64,000 nucleotides of DNA. Origin: Archaeoglobus sp. JdFR-37. Lineage in GTDB: Archaea; Halobacteriota; Archaeoglobi; Archaeoglobales; Archaeoglobaceae. The notes beneath the pieces were generated by a model. That model made no database searches. It saw nothing but the letters and a program-made list of their open reading frames with translations, and was not told the DNA's origin. Numbering within the stretch: the stretch's first letter is position 1; each line of letters opens with the position of its first letter. The position numbers were made by a program, and so were the translations under genes. The stretch lies in the NCBI GenBank assembly GCA_002010215.1, contig MTMY01000003.1:1-64000 (forward strand). The letters are read 5' to 3'. Below, piece by piece: positions 62,307-64,000 of this stretch.

Positions 62307-63308
62307 CTATTCCCCGCGCTGAATCTTTGCGTGCCCACCGATAATGGAGCTGTTCAGCTCCAGATTCCTGATTTCGCACCGCTCATCAATTATGCTTCTC
62401 CACATCTTCACCTTCTTCAGCACAACCTCATCAAAGATGACTGAATCGCTTATGTCTGAATTTTCTATGACGCAGTCTCTGCCCATGTAAACATAGGGGC
62501 CGATAAGGCACCTCCCCTTTATCTGACAGCCTTCCTCAATAACCACCGGTTCGATTATCTTGGATGTGCGGTCAATCTGGATGCCATCTGCAACGCTGTG
62601 CTGGATGTAAAAGCGAAAAGCTTCCAAGTACGAATCGGGATTTCCAACGTCATACCAGTTCCCGTTTTCGAAGCGATAGCCGTAAACCTCGACCCTGCTG
62701 CACAGCCAGCTCAGGAAATCGCCTAAATTGTCTCTTTTCTCCTCACTCTCGCCATATTCCACGAGGAGTCTTGTTGCCTCTTTTGTAAGGGCGTAGATGC
62801 CTATACCCACCAGAGTGGATGGTGGCTTCTCCGGCTTCTCATGGAACTTCAGAATCCTCTCTCCATTCAATTCAGCAACACCGTAACGCTTAGCAAGCTC
62901 ATAATCTCCTACATCATACAATGCAGTAACAACAGCCTTCCTACTTCTGTAATACTCCATAAAGCCGTCAAGGTTGAAGGAGAATAGATTATCTCCAGCG
63001 AGAACAAGTAATTCATCATCCAAGGTTCTAGCTATGTCTGAAAGGGCCTTCACAGCTCCGGGCTTCTCTTCTTCCTTTGTAGAGTCTTCAACAATGATTT
63101 CCACATCCTTTTCCTCTGCCCACCTCTTAAAATCTTCCTCAAAGCGTTTGTTAGTGGAAAGAACGATGGGAAAACCAAAATTGACGACTTTATCATAAAT
63201 ATAATCTACTATCTTCTTTTTGCCCACCGGCAGCAAGGGCTTGGCCTTTGTTTTGGTAATGGGCCAGAGTCTTGTGGCGTAACCCCCAGCCATTATCACG
63301 ATCTTCAT
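62307..63308 (-). CDS. Sugar-phosphate nucleotidyltransferase
   Basis: MAGGYATRL.P.T..KPLLP, AGDN, EKP, WYDVG; left-handed beta-helix-like tail. Confidence 0.9.
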   Translation of the reverse strand: MKIVIMAGGYATRLWPITKTKAKPLLPVGKKKIVDYIYDKVVNFGFPIVLSTNKRFEEDFKRWAEEKDVEIIVEDSTKEEEKPGAVKALSDIARTLDDELLVLAGDNLFSFNLDGFMEYYRSRKAVVTALYDVGDYELAKRYGVAELNGERILKFHEKPEKPPSTLVGIGIYALTKEATRLLVEYGESEEKRDNLGDFLSWLCSRVEVYGYRFENGNWYDVGNPDSYLEAFRFYIQHSVADGIQIDRTSKIIEPVVIEEGCQIKGRCLIGPYVYMGRDCVIENSDISDSVIFDEVVLKKVKMWRSIIDERCEIRNLELNSSIIGGHAKIQRGE

Positions 63309-63666
63309 TAAATCACCAATCAGGATTTTTCATCTCCATTTTAAACTTTTTTGGATGGCTGAAGTGATTGTATTCCCTAGAAATACCCCCCTACCTCAAT
63401 ACTCTTGGGATGGGGGCCGTACCTTGATTTAATCTTACAGATGCACACGGCTATAACTGTCAATTTTAATTATTTTCAGGCCTACCACCCAGCCCACCAT
63501 CCCTATATCCCAATGGTTTTGAATAGCCAATTCTTAAAGCTGCAATTCGATTACTGAGAAAATCAAATCAATGACACCTTACAGGAAATCAACAAGAGAG
63601 CCACAAACTGGAAACCGGGATAAAAAATTTAAATGCTTACTAGTAATTTCTGCTAAAGGTGGTAAA

Positions 63667-64000
63667 ATGGACGAAAAAGCTCTGGAAATTCTCAAGATAC
63701 TTGAAGGGAATTCGAAGCTCACACCTTCAGAAATCTCCGAAATGACAGGTATATTGAGAGAAGATGTTGAGGATATCATTAAGAAGCTTGAAGATGATGG
63801 CATAATTTTGAAGTACAAGACAATTGTAGACTGGGAAAAAGCAGGAGTGGAGGAAGTTTATGCTATAATTGATGTGAGGGTCTCCCTCACCCGTGAGAAG
63901 GGGTATGATGATATTGCAAAAAGGATTGCCAAGTTTCCTGAGGTTCACGCCATCAGGCTTGTCAGCGGAGAGTACGATTTTCAGGTAGTTGTGAAAGGCA
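63667..64000 (+). CDS. Lrp/AsnC family regulator (partial, window edge)
   Basis: MDEKALEILKILEGNSKLT...KKLEDDGIILKY.TIVDWEKAG, IAKFPEV...LVSGEYD. Confidence 0.88.
   Translation, partial: MDEKALEILKILEGNSKLTPSEISEMTGILREDVEDIIKKLEDDGIILKYKTIVDWEKAGVEEVYAIIDVRVSLTREKGYDDIAKRIAKFPEVHAIRLVSGEYDFQVVVKG

Noticed and set aside
63309..63666. Possible oriC in the long intergenic region
   Set aside because: GAAA-containing words (for example TTCCCTAGAAAT) fit the ORB consensus poorly.

Overview
64-kb chromosomal window of a euryarchaeon, most likely Archaeoglobaceae. The assignment rests on the HSR1-like regulator-cdc48-hsp20 operon with a CTAAC-N5-GTTAG operator, plus cdc6, radB, a PGF-CTERM protein and GGTGA ribosome-binding sites. 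Main contents: (i) an AT-richer catabolic block (LIV-type ABC transporter, EamA, MaoC, MBL hydrolase, RHH regulator, enoyl-CoA hydratase, two-subunit CoA-transferase); (ii) a GC-richer accessory patch with several RHH proteins, vapBC and a possible structured RNA; (iii) the heat-shock operon; (iv) a tungsten AOR cluster with a MoaD/Ubl-methyltransferase fusion and paaK; (v) surface and membrane modules, a second cdc48, larC-radB, a beta-oxidation/ETF cluster, trpBA, HEPN-MNT, topA, ribBA, cdc6 with one ORB, a COG1031-type radical SAM and an NDP-sugar transferase. Best candidate for an undescribed system: an unannotated 20-aa Cys-rich peptide gene (57845-57907) heading an apparent operon with a small Cys protein and an RRE-like radical SAM/SPASM enzyme, i.e. 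a putative archaeal RiPP cluster. All family calls come from motif recognition; no database searches were run. No tRNA, rRNA, CRISPR array or intact transposase was recognised.
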